Below, piece after piece: positions 1-14,387 of a stretch of 64,000 nucleotides of DNA; position 1 is the stretch's first letter; each line of letters opens with the position of its first letter. A model generated the notes under the pieces. That model saw nothing but the letters and a program-made list of their open reading frames with translations. It had not been told where the DNA came from and ran no database searches. This stretch comes from Octopus vulgaris (taxonomy: Eukaryota): NCBI GenBank assembly GCA_951406725.2, contig OX597821.1, positions 102,796,001-102,860,000 of the forward strand. The letters run 5' to 3'. The position numbers and the translations under genes were made by a program.

Positions 1-72
<72 letters not shown>

Positions 73-220
73 GGAAGGAAGGAAGATGCTATTTTCGTTT
101 CATTAGCTTTCATACATAACATTTATGTATCCGCGGCAATCTTAGACAAATTATTATATTGTTAATTATACGAATGATCAAGCATTGATACTAAAATGAG
201 AAGAAACATGGGTCTGGGTA

Positions 221-315
<95 letters not shown>

Positions 316-323
316 AAGAGAGA
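1..323. repeat. (GA)n microsatellites (1-68 and about 223-323)
   Basis: Pure GA dinucleotide runs seen directly. Confidence 0.95.
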
Positions 324-941
324 GTGTGTGACGAAAAGAGAGAGAAAGGGTGGGGAATTGGATTTAAGGAAGGAGAATAAAAGTAGTAAACTATGGTAGA
401 ATCAATATCGTATGACAACAGACGGGCGCCATCTTTGGTTTACGATCTCCGCCTTTATAGCTTCTAGTTTTCCCTCTCTATGCTTTCTCGTGTTATATAT
501 CTGCCATTTTTCATTCTTCAAAAGTCAATTTCTTTCGCATTAATTCACTTTCACCATCTCAATTAACCATTCATTCACTTATTCACTCGCACTGTTCCCG
601 CTCAATCTCCAACTCCTCCTCCCCTTCCTCCCCCTCCTCCTCCTCCTGGTCCCTTTTCTTCACCATTAAATCCTCCTCGCTCTTGTCTGCTCCCTCTTCC
701 TCTCTTCGTTTGTGTTCCCGTGTTCGTCGTTGTCTTCGTTGTCGTCGTCGTCGTCCTCTCCTCCTCTTCTTCTTCTTTCTCAGCCTTAAAGGCCAGGGAC
801 TACAAACTCTGAGTAGTTACTCACTCAGAGCCCCCACCCCCTCTGCACTGAATGAGTAACGTTATTCTTACTCTACCTGCCAGGTTTGAGCACATTTTTC
901 TCTTAATTGTCACAATTCACAACAATGCGAGAGACAACCGT

Positions 942-942
942 A

Positions 943-1016
<74 letters not shown>

Positions 1017-1172
1017 TTGCTACTACAAAAACTACTACTACCATTGCTGCTGCTGCTACTACAACTTCAACTGCTGCTGCTGCTACTACTACTACTACTG
1101 CTACTGCTGCTACTACTGCTACTGCTGCTACTACTACTACTACTGCGACTACTACTTCTACTGCTGCTGCTG

Positions 1173-1210
<38 letters not shown>

Positions 1211-1319
1211 GCTGCTGCTGCTCTTACTACTACTACTGCTACTACTGCTACTACTGCTTCTACTACTACTACTACTACTACTACTACTGCTACTACTGCT
1301 ACTACTGCTACTACTGCTT

Positions 1320-1370
<51 letters not shown>
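942..1370. repeat. (TAC)n/(TGC)n trinucleotide repeat
   Basis: Mixed TAC/TGC run; it accounts for the poly-L/Y/V/S ORFs. Confidence 0.95.
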
Positions 1371-1371
<1 letters not shown>

Positions 1372-1606
1372 ACATGCGCACGCGCGCACACACATACACA
1401 CAATATACACGGAAACAGATCAACAACAAATTTTCGAAAAGCAGCAAGGATCCTGTATGAAGGCATCCGAACTCATTTTGATCCAATCCAAGTTAAATGC
1501 ATCGACATAGAGCAGAAGCGATCAACACATCAGTAGAATGTCTAACTCTGACTTTGACTACACTGATGATCTTAAGCTCACAGCTAATCAACTAAGTGAT
1601 GCGCAA

Positions 1607-2220
1607 GCGGCGATCTGGCAGAAACGTTAGCACGCCGGGCGAAATGCTTTGTGGTATTTCGTCCGCCGCTGCGTTCTGAGTTCAAATTCCGCCGGGGTCG
1701 ACTTTGCCTTTGATCCTTTCGGGGTCGATAAATTAAGCACCAATCACACACTGGGGTCGATATAATCGACTTAATCCGTTTGTCTGTCGTTGTTTGTCCT
1801 CTCTGTGTTTAGTCCCTTGTGTGTAGTAAAGAAATAGGTATTTCGTCTGCAGTTACGTTCTGAGTTCAAATTCCACCGAGGTTGATTTTGCCTTTCATCT
1901 TTTCGGGATCGATAAATTAAGAACCAGTTGCGTACTGAGGTCGATCTAATCGACTGGCCTCCTCCCCCCAAATGTCGGGCCTTGTTCCTAGAGTAAAAAT
2001 AAGAAAGGTTAGCACGCCGGGTAAAATGCTCAGCGGTATTTCGTCTGTCTTTACGTTCTGAGTTCAAATTGAACCGAGGTCGACTTTGCCTTTCAATCTT
2101 TCGGGGTCGATTAAATAAGTACAAGATACGCACTGGGGTCGATGTAATCGACTTAAACCCTTTGTCTGTACTTGTTTTTCTCCTCTTTGTTTAGCCCCCT
2201 GTAGGTAATAAAGAAATAAA
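1607..2220 (+). mobile_element. tRNA-derived SINE family A, tandem cluster of about 3 units
   Basis: A-box-like TGGCAGAAACGTTAGC, B-box GAGTTCAAATTCC, core GTCGACTTTGCCTTTCATCCTTTCGGGGTCGATAAA, tail GTAGTAAAGAAATAGG; many copies in the window. Confidence 0.9.
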
Positions 2221-2715
2221 TATCCATTACGAATTCTGCGACCGATTTGTGTTCTGTTTCTCAATGCAAAGAAAACCGAACACACGACCACCAATGAAGA
2301 GAAAACCCACCTGCGAATGAGTTCCATGAAGCCGAAGATGGTCTATAACTCAAAGTAGCTTGCATTCTATTTTGCTGACAGCATGGAAGATTACCTTACC
2401 CGGATGAAACAGGTCTTGTGTGCTTTTAATAAATTTTAAAACATCTAGAGCGTAAAAGACATATCAGCCATTCGGAAACACATAAACACATATAAAATCC
2501 CCCAAAGCTGTTAACTTTATTTAAACATTTATCATATGATGTCGCAATAAGTACGAAGAAAATTTTGACATCAAATAATAAATGTTTAAGTGAAGTTAAC
2601 AGCCTTCGCTTATTTTTCAATAGCTAAATATGTGTGTTCCACGTCGTAATTGCTTTAGTTTCAACGGCCTCAGATCAAATCACTTGCTAAACAAGTACAT
2701 CTTAGAAATTAAAAA

Positions 2716-2885
2716 CATCTGGTAATCAAATATTTCAAAGTCAACAAGGCTGGCCTTTTTCATTGCATGTACAGAAACTATTCTTATTAAAGGCTCCGAA
2801 ACGTGGATGATGTAGAAGGCGCTTCAAGATCATTTTGATGGTTTGTACACTCGGTTTCTCGCGAAGGCCCAGAACACATTAGGTC
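2716..2885 (+). mobile_element. RTE-X-like LINE fragment (post-RT region), degenerate
   Basis: Translates IW*SNISKSTRLAFFIACTETILIKGSETWMM*KALQDHFDGLYTRFLAKAQN, resembling the RTE-type ILLYGSETW...RLDGTYTRLL motif; has stops. Confidence 0.7.
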
Positions 2886-3069
2886 GTGAAGAGGCTTTTA
2901 CATGCACAAGAATAGCTTATTGAATAAGGAAAGTATTCAGTATATGTATAGAATCCAATAATAACATAGTTAGTGACTTCGAAGTTTTGCCTGTTTTATG
3001 GTTTGTTGAAATTGTGCCACAGATTTAAGGAAGCTACGACTGCTGAAACTTCCAAGTTACCGTGTGGTG

Positions 3070-3355
3070 ATGATAAACTCCCTTGTTCGAAAATATAAGG
3101 ACAGAGATAGTTTGCCGTATAGGCATATTTTGCTATGACGATCACACTGACGAGTTGCGGACATTCTACGTAAGTGGTTGCAACGAAAATAGTTTGTGAT
3201 TAATCTGTATATTCTGTATATTTTCATTTGTCTTGCTCGCTTACGTTCTGGCGTTTGCTAAATTTTCTTCAGAACAATCCTTTCTTAGTGGTAAGACCAT
3301 AGGGGGTCGAATTCTAGCATTATGGATGTCCACTTAGTAGTCATCCTCCTTATAA
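3070..3355 (+). mobile_element. Short HHR-bearing repeat (PLE terminal-repeat-like), copy 1
   Basis: Matches the reverse complement of about 18850-19080; contains the hammerhead motif at 3141-3200. Confidence 0.75.
3141..3200 (+). ncRNA. Type I hammerhead ribozyme motif
   Basis: ATCACA-CTGACGA-GTTGC...GCAAC-GAAA-ATAG-TT-TGTGAT: 6-bp stem I, 5-bp stem II, minimal stem III with one mismatch. Confidence 0.7.
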
Positions 3356-3461
3356 GTATGTAATACAATTTTTCTGAATCTTCAGATTTTTCTATATGCT
3401 AGACCACTGGTTTTAAATTGATATTAATCAAATTAAAATTCAATTTTCACCCTTATTTTAA

Positions 3462-3526
<65 letters not shown>

Positions 3527-3613
3527 TATATACATATACATATATATATATATACATATATATACATATATATACATATATATACATACATATATATATA
3601 TACATATATATAT

Positions 3614-3668
<55 letters not shown>

Positions 3669-3674
3669 ATACCT

Positions 3675-3890
3675 TTGTGTGTTTGTGTTTGTCCCCCCAT
3701 ATCGTTTGACAACCGATGTTTTTTTGTTTACGTCCCCGTAACTTAGCGGTTCGGCAAAAGAGACCGATAGAATAAGTACTAGGCTTACAAAGAATAAGTC
3801 CTGGGGTCGATTTGCTCGACTAAAGGCGGTGCTCCAGCATGGCCGCATTCAAATGACTGAAACTAGTAAAAGAGTAAAAGAGTAAAAGAT
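3675..3890 (+). mobile_element. SINE family B, 3' half
   Basis: CCGTAACTTAGCGGTTCGGCAAAAGAGACCG...GCTCCAGCATGGCCGC...(GTAAAAGA)n tail. Confidence 0.9.
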
Positions 3891-3926
3891 AAGTAGATAT
3901 ATACATCTGTATATGCATACACACAC

Positions 3927-3957
<31 letters not shown>

Positions 3958-4669
3958 TGTATGTATGTATGTATGTATGTATGTATGTATGTATGTATGT
4001 ATGCATGTATGTATGTATGTGTGTATGTATGTATGTATGCATGTATGTACACATGCATACAGACGCCCACACGCTCACACAATCGCATTGCGACATGACA
4101 GACAGCCATTGTACCAACAGCTGCGTTATTCCTTAATTAGACCGGCGTTACTATGTCAAACGATATCAGATGATATCAAACATTAAAACGAGGCAAACCG
4201 TTGACCTGAGAACTCCCCCGTCATCCTCATTATATTATTACTGTTCTTATCAAGCATCAAAATATCATATCTAGTGACATCATAATTGACAGTGCAACGT
4301 GCAGTTTATCTGGATTCTGACTGGAGAAAATACTGCTGTTGCTCACACCATATGTCCAAGGATTTGCTGGTAGCAGTTTGGTTGTAAAAGGCGTAAAAGG
4401 CGTAAAAGGTTAAATGAGAGAGGGAATGAAGGGCGTTGGATGGATGGAGGGATGGGTGCGAAGGAAGGAGAGAGGCAAAGAAAGAAGTCCTTGATGTATG
4501 CGTCTGAGAGGGAGGAGTGAGAGTGTATGAGAGAGAACGAAGGAACGAAAGAAAGAAAGAACGAAAGAAAGAAAGAAGGAACGAGGAAGGAGTGAACGAT
4601 ACATAGAGTGTAAAACGTGGCGGAAACTGGAGTGAAAGAGCAAAAGAGAAATCAGCTGCACGTATACAT

Positions 4670-5068
4670 CTGTTCTTTTACTTGTTTCAATAATTTGACT
4701 ACGGCAATGCTGGAGCACCGCCTTAAAGGGGTTTTAGTCGAAGAAATCGATCCCAAGACTTATTCTTTGTAAGTCTGGTACTTATTCTATCGATCACGTT
4801 TGCGGGGACGTAAACGGACCAACATCGGTTGTCAAGTGATGGTAGTGGTGGTGGGAACAAACATAGTCATAAAGACACACACATAAATATATATGTACAT
4901 ACATATATATATACGACGGGTTTCATTCAGTTTCCGTCTACCAAATCCACTCACAAGGCTTTGGTCAGCCTGTAGCTATAGTAGAAGACACTTGCCCATG
5001 GTGCCACACAGTGGGACTGAACGCAGAACCATGTGTTTGGGAAGCAAGCTACTTACTACACAACCATG
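4670..5068 (-). mobile_element. SINE family B (tRNA-derived, internal microsatellite)
   Basis: Reverse complement of the family B head (GTTCAGTCCCACTGTGTGGCACC), body and tail. Confidence 0.85.
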
Positions 5069-5359
5069 TCATATATATAGGATATGAGGGGTTTAGTTCA
5101 CTGGTGATCTAAACGGATAGGTACGCTGTGTCAATGCTATAATTGGTCATCCGTTAGGTTCCAAGTTCACAGCTGAGGCTGGTGCCAGGTATCCGTAGCC
5201 GGCTTCCGAGTTAGCAAGAATATATTAAAGGAAAAAGGACAACAAAAAACCAAAGCAGGACGAATATCTCAAGTCATTTAGAATATTTAGAGTAAGGTGA
5301 ATTTGAAGTAAGTAATTAATTGATTGGTTAATTAATTAATCAATTAATTAATAATTGGA

Positions 5360-5437
5360 TGTCTTACAGCTATTTCTGGGTTATCACAAGCGAGAGGTTA
5401 ACATCTCCATAGACTGAATATTTCGTCATCAGAGACA
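5360..5437 (-). ncRNA. Hammerhead-like motif (stem II degraded)
   Basis: Minus strand reads TGTCT-CTGATGA-...-GAAA-TAGCTG-TA-AGACA; perfect stem I, near-palindromic stem III. Confidence 0.55.
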
Positions 5438-5625
5438 AGGTGGGTATATAGGAAAGTTCGAGACGGAGAATTCACAGTGTATAAAGGAATGAAACAGTAG
5501 ATAGAAGAATAAAGAATAAAACGAGAAGATGGAAAAAGAATAAAACAGTAAATAGATGAATACTGACAGGAGAAATTGTCTGTATTCTTCTAGTTATTGT
5601 TTCGAACTTTTCTACATACTCACCT

Positions 5626-5703
5626 TGTCTCTGACGATGGAATACACAGTATATGGAGATGCTAACCTATTACTTGGGGTATCCCAGAAACAGGTGTAAG
5701 GTA
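5626..5703 (+). ncRNA. Hammerhead-like motif
   Basis: TGTCT-CTGACGA-TGGAATAC...GTATCCCA-GAAA-CAGGTG-TA-AGGTA. Confidence 0.55.
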
Positions 5704-5846
5704 ACCGGTAATTAATTAATTGATATACTAATTAATTAATCAATTATTTCAGATTCATCTTGCTCTAATTAAATGTTCTAAATGACTCGAGACACTCGTC
5801 CTGCCTTGGTTTTGTTGTCTTTTTGCTCTAATATATGTATATGCAT

Positions 5847-5926
<80 letters not shown>

Positions 5927-6024
5927 TATATATATATATAATACTAATAAAGGAGGGTAAAATCCGTAATGGTTTTACCTGGTAGCTAGTGCGGAAAAAA
6001 CCTTATAAGTAAATTTTTACAAAC

Positions 6025-6174
6025 TTATTTTATAATTATATACATAATTATAACAAGAGTTCAGCTTACTGCCTCACCACGCACTACTAGAAAATGGACG
6101 CCTATTTTCTAGTAGTGCGTGGTGAGGCAGTAAGCTGAGCCCTTGTTATAATTATGTATATAATTATAAAATAA
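6025..6174. repeat. Near-perfect 150-bp fold-back (palindrome)
   Basis: TTATTTTATAATTAT...CACTACTAGAAAAT pairs with ATTTTCTAGTAGTG...ATAATTATAAAATAA around a short loop. Confidence 0.9.
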
Positions 6175-6176
6175 TG

Positions 6177-6217
<41 letters not shown>

Positions 6218-6221
6218 CATA

Positions 6222-6348
6222 TGTAGAAAAATACAAACTGGGACAAGAACGCAAAACATTTAGAAGACGATACAAAAAACAAGGACGGGATATTCGAAGC
6301 CTTCAATCTTCAGTCAAGAACCGGATTATCCTCGCAATCTCGGCTGAG
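6222..6348 (-). mobile_element. Truncated, diverged relative of the 51161-52122 direct repeat
   Basis: GGACAAGAAC...GGACGGGATATTCGAAGCC...CAGTCAAGAACC...GCAATCTCGGCTGA aligns with about 51190-51300. Confidence 0.75.
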
Positions 6349-6353
6349 TGTAT

Positions 6354-6765
6354 ACAGGAGTGGCTCTGTGATAAGTAGCTTGCTTACCAACCACATGGTT
6401 TCGGGTTCAGTCTCACTGTGTGGCACCTTGGCAAGGTGTCTTCTACTCTAGCCTTGGGTCGACCAAAGCCCTGTGAGTGGATTTGGTAGACGGAAACTGA
6501 AAGAAGCCCGTCTTATATATACGTATGTATGTATGTATGTATGTATGTATGTATGTATGTATGTATGTATGTATGTATGTATATGTTTGTGTGTCTATGT
6601 TTGTCCCCGCAACATCGCTTGACAACCGATGCTGGTGTGTTTACGCCCCCGTAACTTAGCTTTTCGGCAAGAGAACCGACAGAATAAGTACTGGGGTCGA
6701 TTTGCTCGACTAAATGCGGTGATCCACCATGGCCGCAGTGAAATGACTGAAGGAAATAAAAGAAT
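6354..6765 (+). mobile_element. SINE family B, near full length
   Basis: CAGGAGTGGCTCTGTGATAAG head, B-box GGTTCAGTCTC, internal (ATGT)n, family tail. Confidence 0.9.
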
Positions 6766-7353
6766 ATATATATATATATGGGATAAGACCATTATTTAAT
6801 ATAATGATCATATCAAGTGGCCAGCATGGAAAAAACCGTATAGGTAATAATTGTCATAGATATATGATAATATAAATATGATTATAATTGAGGGTACCGA
6901 AATAGCAGTCAAAACCAGAAATAGCAGTCAAAACTGACTCTAAAACTACATGTATTCATTTAGCTTAGGTGAGATTAGCTAAAAATTAATGGTTAGCTCC
7001 AATATGTATTTAATGTATATTTGTACACACACACACACACACACACACATCCTGGTTTGGATGGTTTCAGCGTTTTCGAAGCAATCAAGATGAAGAAGCT
7101 GGCGACATTCAAGGAACTGTCAAGCTCTGAGTCACTGAGATTAGAGGTCAGAACATCCAGTAGGGGTGAGCCTTGTCATATCTTGGAATCCTTCACGTTG
7201 CCGCTGTCGATAAGTCTGCAAGAGAAACGCGAAAGCTAAAAGCATTCTAAGGTTGCTGCAAAGATTTTTTTGCATTCATGACTCGCTAAAATTTGCTGCC
7301 ACATGCATAGTTCTCTCTGTATTTCGGAATGGTTAGATACATACATGAAAATA

Positions 7354-7387
<34 letters not shown>

Positions 7388-7622
7388 CGCATAGGAATGC
7401 ACAAATAGATATGTTTAAATATTTACGCACAGACACATTTTTATATATACAGACACACACTCGCACGCACACACACACGCACACACGCACACACGCACGT
7501 ACACACACAGACTTAAATGTTTTTATTTGAAGATATATATACAAAAAAAGTGGACATTAAATTGAAAGGTTAATAAATTTTAGTACCACAATATTACATG
7601 TGTGTTTGTCTGTATGTATATG

Positions 7623-7656
<34 letters not shown>

Positions 7657-7777
7657 TCTAATATAGGATAAAATTTTTCGAAAAAAATTCTATCAATGGC
7701 CAGCATATTAAAAAATACCTATAAAGGTTTAAATTTATAAACAACTTATAAATGTCTTTTGCCCTTATTTATAAGTT

Positions 7778-7835
<58 letters not shown>

Positions 7836-7915
7836 AGATGTAAATATCTTATATATGGAGATGTAAATATCTTTCTGTATATTTACGTATCTACCCTTGA
7901 ATGTATGTATGTATG

Positions 7916-7946
<31 letters not shown>

Positions 7947-7995
7947 GTATGTATGTATGTACGTATATGTATGGATATGTATGTATGTTTATCCA

Positions 7996-8026
<31 letters not shown>

Positions 8027-8067
8027 ATCTATCTATCTATTTAACTATCTATCTATCTATCTATCTA

Positions 8068-8158
<91 letters not shown>

Positions 8159-8693
8159 ATATATATATATATATATATATGCAGGCATGTATGTATGCAT
8201 GTACGTATAATGCACATAAATGCACATCTATGGTTATATATATAGAGAGAGAGGCGGGTGTCAGTGTGGAGGAAATAGTAGATAAGAGAGTAACTGAGAG
8301 AGAAAATAAGAAAGATACATATTACAAAGAGGGTGACTGGAGAGGATTATATATTCATAAAAATCATAACAAGATGGACGAAAACAGCCACATGAAAACA
8401 AACGAAAGAAATCAAATAAAACAGACGAACGAAAAATAACTCTGAAAAAAAAAATGAAGCTCTCCACATCTGAACATGGAAGAATCTAAATGAGATTGAT
8501 AGAAGGCGAAGCTTGAGCTGTTCTTCAGTAATGACCTAATGACACAAATCAAATTGTATGTCCCCTCAGGTTTAGTTTTAAATACATTTGCCGCCGGGTC
8601 TGCTTCGTTGCGTTCACTAAATAGATGATGGGATGATGGGAGCTTCCCAGGACATACAGATGTGGATACATGCAAGCACTGCGCGTCGGCAAC

Positions 8694-8776
<83 letters not shown>

Positions 8777-9006
8777 TATATATATGTATGTGTATTTATA
8801 TGTGTATGCACATATGTATGTATGTATGTATGTATGTATATGTGTGTGTATATATATATGTATAAGTGTTTGTGTGTGTGTGTGTGTGTGCGCGCGAGTA
8901 TGTGGGTATATATATGTATGCACATATATAAGTACGAATATGTGTGTGTGTGTGCGCGCGTGTATGTGGGTATATATATATGTATGCACATATATAAGTA
9001 CGAATA

Positions 9007-9060
<54 letters not shown>

Positions 9061-9318
9061 TGTACGAGTAGGAAGACAAATGAAATAAAGTGGCACTCAA
9101 CACATTTCGCAGGAATTACTCATGCTTTCCAGTAACAGTTCGATTTCGATGCATGCATCTTACAACTTCGTAGGGTCTTCGAACGAACACAAGTTGTTAG
9201 TTCTGTGGAATAGCGTTTTCCCATTTTTACAACCCCCACAGGTCTATGAAACTTTAAGTTGCACGAAACTGAATCAAACTGACATTAATTTATATATATA
9301 TACATACGTACATACATA

Positions 9319-9816
9319 CCGTAAATCCTTGAGTATAGTCCACCCTCGAGTATAATACGCAGGGGATTCTTAGGAGGCTGTACTTCTGAAAAACTTAAAC
9401 CTTGTGTATAATACGCACCATTTCTCTAACCTGAATCGTGCGTAATTAAGCCAGCAGCACCTTTTGAACAAACACTTCCATGCATGCATAATACAATAAT
9501 GGGAATGTAAATATGTTTGCAAATTGTTTTTGTTACATGTTATTCTGTGTACTGAAAACCTTTATTTTAATAATTGTTGCTTACTGCAAGTTATAGATGA
9601 TTCTTTTATGACTTCATTGCTTTCAGGCTTAGCTTAAGGTATTTTCGCGCCCGACATCACAAAATGCGTCTGAATAAAAATTGCTGGACAGCAAATAGAG
9701 ACTCGGACATTGCTTGGAAAATATTTTTTATTTTTAACCTCGTGTATAGTACGCACTAGAGATTTTTACCTTTAAATTTTGGGAAAAAAGTGCGGATTAT
9801 ACTCGAGGATTTACGG
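9319..9816. mobile_element. Non-autonomous Tc2/pogo-like MITE
   Basis: Terminal inverted repeats CCGTAAATCCTTGAGTATAGTCC / GGATTATACTCGAGGATTTACGG, flanked by TA on both sides; no ORF. Confidence 0.85.
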
Positions 9817-9824
9817 TATATATA

Positions 9825-9857
<33 letters not shown>

Positions 9858-9859
<2 letters not shown>

Positions 9860-10414
9860 TCTTTACTCTTTTACTTGTTTCAGTCATTTGACTGCGGCCA
9901 TGCTGGAGCACCGTCTTTTAGTTGAACGAATCGACCCTAGGGCTTATTGTTTGTAAGCCAATTACTTATTCTATCGGTCTCTTTTTGGCGAAACGCTAAG
10001 TTACGGCGACATAAACACACCAGCATCGGTTGTCAAGTGATAGTGGGGGAGACAAACACAGACATGCAAACACACACACACACAGACACAGATACACACA
10101 CACACATACATACACACACATACATACACACACAAAGATATGTATATATACGACAGGATTCTTTCAGTTTCGGTCTACCAAATCCAATCATAAGGCTTTG
10201 GGTGTGTATGTTTGTGTATCTGGGCTTGTCCCCCCAACATCGCTTGACATCCGATGCTGGTGTGTTTACGTCCCTGTCACTCAGTGGTTCAGCAAGAGAG
10301 ACCGATAGAATAAGTACTAGGCGTACAAAGAATAAGTCCTGGGGCCGATTTGCTCGACTAAAGGCAATGCTCCAGCATGGCTGCAGTCAAATAACTGAAA
10401 CAAATAAAAGAAAA

Positions 10415-10417
<3 letters not shown>
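9858..10417. mobile_element. Two SINE B segments in inverted arrangement
   Basis: Minus copy about 9858-10200 fused to a plus 3' half about 10201-10417. Confidence 0.85.
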
Positions 10418-10451
<34 letters not shown>

Positions 10452-10455
<4 letters not shown>

Positions 10456-11036
10456 AAAAGGAGATGTGGAACACGAGTTGTGATATATAAAAAAGGAAAT
10501 GAAGAAAATGCTGACAAAATAATTTAAGTAATTTAAGTAATTTAATTAGGTGAAGCTCTTTTTACCGGTTGCGCATTTGTTATGCTTATCAAAATTTTTT
10601 TAAGAGAGAAAGAGTTCCTTTCTGAAAGATTTTTTTCTCTTATCGGATAAAAAGAGCTTTCACCTAATTAAATTACTTAAATTACTTAAATTATTTTGTC
10701 AGCATTTTCTTCATTTCCTTTTTATATATCACAACTCGTGTTCCACATCTCCTTTTTTAAATATATATATATTTTTTTAAGAGAGAAAGAGTTCCTTTCT
10801 GATAGATTTTTTCCTCTTATCCGATAAGAGAAAAAAATCTAAGAGAGAAAGAGTTCCTTTCTGATAGATTGTTTTCTCTTATCGGATAAGAGGAAAAAAT
10901 CTATCAGAAAGGAACTCTTTCTCTCTTAAAAAAATTTTGATAAGCATAACAAATGCGCAACCGGTAAAAAGAACTTTCACCTAATTAAATTACTTAAATT
11001 ACTTAAATTATTTTGTCAGCATTTTCTTCATTTCTT
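10452..11036. repeat. Complex nested inverted duplication between (TA)n tracts, PLE-like
   Basis: 10452-10560 inverted at about 10650-10761; 10561-10650 inverted at about 10885-10975; degenerate HHR-like core TTGATAA-GCAT..ATGC-GCAA-CCGG-TA at 10935-10970. Confidence 0.8.
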
Positions 11037-11141
<105 letters not shown>

Positions 11142-11401
11142 ATATACATGTGCATGTGTATATATATTTATTTCTTTACTATCTACAAGGGACTAAACAT
11201 AGAGGGGACAAGCAAGGACAGCGTGTATTTTGATGAAGTGGATACCGATATGATATATATGTGTGTGTCTGTGTCCATTTTGTACATATACATGTGTGTG
11301 TGTGTGTGTGTATAGGCATGAATCTATCAATCTACCTCCAGAATCCATCTCCCTATTTAATCAGGCACACATACAAGCAGAAAGATATTTACACCGTTAT
11401 C

Positions 11402-11517
<116 letters not shown>

Positions 11518-12105
11518 CACACACACAATCTTCTTTCACACATCGTCATAGTCTCACGTCCATCCAGTAACTAGCTTATCAAGTTTATCCAACTAAACAA
11601 CGTTCGCAAAGAAACGAAAGCAGTGAGCAAAATACTCTGTATATAATAATACAACATAATATAATAAAATAAATGTATTAATATCGAAAGACAGCCGTTT
11701 ATGCAGGAATGGCTAAATAAATGGTTTTGAACTTGTTAAGGGTAGCAGCTCTTCTGGAAGGGAATTGAATTTGATGGTGAATAACTGTGTTTGATCCTAA
11801 TTTGAAAAGATTTCACTCAATTATGGAAAGGGACATCCTCCACATCTCAGTTTAATTAAATCCAAGCTTCCAGTGGAAAGGAACACTAGCGCTAGACCTT
11901 CCTTATTCCTCACTGACATTTGAGCACGCACACGCACGCACACGCAGGCATACGCACATATATAGGTAAAATCGCATGCGCGCGTGCTCACGTTCGTAAA
12001 CGCATATATGTAGACAGGTATCATAAATACATATGTGTATGTCTATCTAGTGTATATATAGATATATATATATACACACATACATATACGTACATATAAC
12101 GTACA

Positions 12106-12225
<120 letters not shown>

Positions 12226-12227
12226 AT

Positions 12228-12296
<69 letters not shown>

Positions 12297-12397
12297 TTGT
12301 CAGTCTGTGTGCTTGTCTGTCTTTCTCTCTCTCATTATCTATTTTTAAAAATTTTATCTAGTTTCAGCTCACAAGCTGTGACCATGCTGGGGCACCG

Positions 12398-12435
<38 letters not shown>

Positions 12436-12627
12436 CCTATCCACACATACAACATAAATACACACATATATATATATGTATGTATATAAGTGTATATAGA
12501 TAAATATATACATACATATACGTACATATCTATCTATCTATCAATCTAGGTATACACATATTTATCAATATTCATACACTCATACATCTTTGTTGTATGT
12601 GTGTATTTACGAATTTATGTGTGTGTA

Positions 12628-12681
<54 letters not shown>

Positions 12682-12840
12682 CGCGCGTGTATGTGTGTGT
12701 GTACATATATGTGCGTGTGTATCTATATATAAAGATAAATAGATAGGAGGATGAAGAAGCAAATAGATAGATAGATAGATAGACAAAAAGACAGATGGAC
12801 AGGCAAAGAGACAGACATACTGACAGAAAGACAGACAGAC

Positions 12841-12871
<31 letters not shown>

Positions 12872-12999
12872 AAGAGAGATGGGGGAGAGATAAATAATTA
12901 AATAGACAAATAGCCCGGGAGATAGAGAAACAGACAGGTAGACAGATAAGATAAGTAGGTATATAGATAGAATGATAGATAGATAGATAGATAGATAGG

Positions 13000-13086
<87 letters not shown>

Positions 13087-13649
13087 TTGAATAGATGGAT
13101 GGATAGTGGTATGGATAGCCAGATAGATGTTAATACTTCTACCCAAGCACTTTATAGCTACATACCTTATCATTTAATCATTTATTTTGTTGGGGCTATT
13201 TAGACGAAACATTCCAAGAACTCTAACATCATGGCGCCGTCCATTTCGCTTCAAGCGGTTATACTTCACACGCACACACACACGTACGCACACACACATG
13301 GATACATACATACACACATACATACATACATACATACATACATACATACACACATACATACATACATGCATGCATACATACGTGCATACATACATAATAC
13401 ATACATACATACATACATACATACATACATACATACATACATACATACATACATACATACATACACAAACATACATTTGTAAACACACACACACACACAT
13501 ATATATATACACACACCTTCATATATACACTAACACACAGATCCATTCACACCAACTCAGTTACACAGCCACACCCATACGTACATACGTACATAACTAT
13601 GCGCATCTCACATACGTACATGTGTGTGTGTATCTATATGTTTGTGTGC

Positions 13650-13723
<74 letters not shown>

Positions 13724-14387
13724 ATATATATATCTGTATGTATGTATGTATGTATGTATGTATGTATGTATGTATGTATGTATGTATGTATGTATGCATG
13801 TATGTATACACAAACACACACACACACTATATCGATCAGATAAAGAGGGTTAAAAAATCCGCGTTAACTCCCTAGTAAGCACTTGTGCCACTATCGGCTA
13901 ACAGTTTGTATATCCGTAGAGGGCTTATATTCAAGAAAAAAATCTATGTATACAAACTGAATTTCCAGGTCAGATAGGCTGCTCGCAGAGTATGAACACA
14001 TTAAGTCAAAGCCTGGAACTTATGTCATTGCATTTTCTCCTTTCGCTACGTTCGTTTCAATACAAGGTAGAGTATGCATTTCACGAATGTCAATACTCCT
14101 TTTAAATTTTGGCATGACAGAAATTTGTTTTTTTTTATGTGGTACAAGTGCAGGCGAGGTGAGTAGTGCTTTTACGTGGCACAAGCACAGGCGAGGTCAA
14201 TTTTGGCAAGGTTTTTACAGCTGGATGCCCTTCCGGACACCAACCACTTTACTGCGTGGACTGCACTGACGGGGTCACCAAATACTTGCAAGACAAAAAC
14301 TTTTAAGAGGGGTGGAGGGATTGGAGGAGGTGATGATGAAAAGGTTATAGTGAGAGAGATACAGGTGTCTTGCTGTAGAGGAAGTCC

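Larger units (their letters stand above)
5220..5835. mobile_element. Inverted pair of PLE-terminal-repeat-like units, each with a hammerhead motif
   Basis: About 5220-5465 is a diverged reverse complement of about 5598-5835. Confidence 0.75.

Noticed and set aside
784-882. Plus-strand mini-exon with a small hairpin CTCTGAGT..ACTCAGAG
   Set aside because: The acceptor sits in a low-complexity pyrimidine tract and the donor is weak; insufficient support.
852-1536. Long ORFs encoding poly-L, poly-Y/C, poly-V and poly-S
   Set aside because: All are frames of one TAC/TGC repeat, with no complex protein sequence.
7050-7300. Possible coding fragment (WFQRFRS-like word)
   Set aside because: Too short, stops in that frame, no further transposase or gene motifs.
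8412-8695. Unique stretch with an open minus frame
   Set aside because: No recognisable domain or splice signals; the frame starts in (TA)n.
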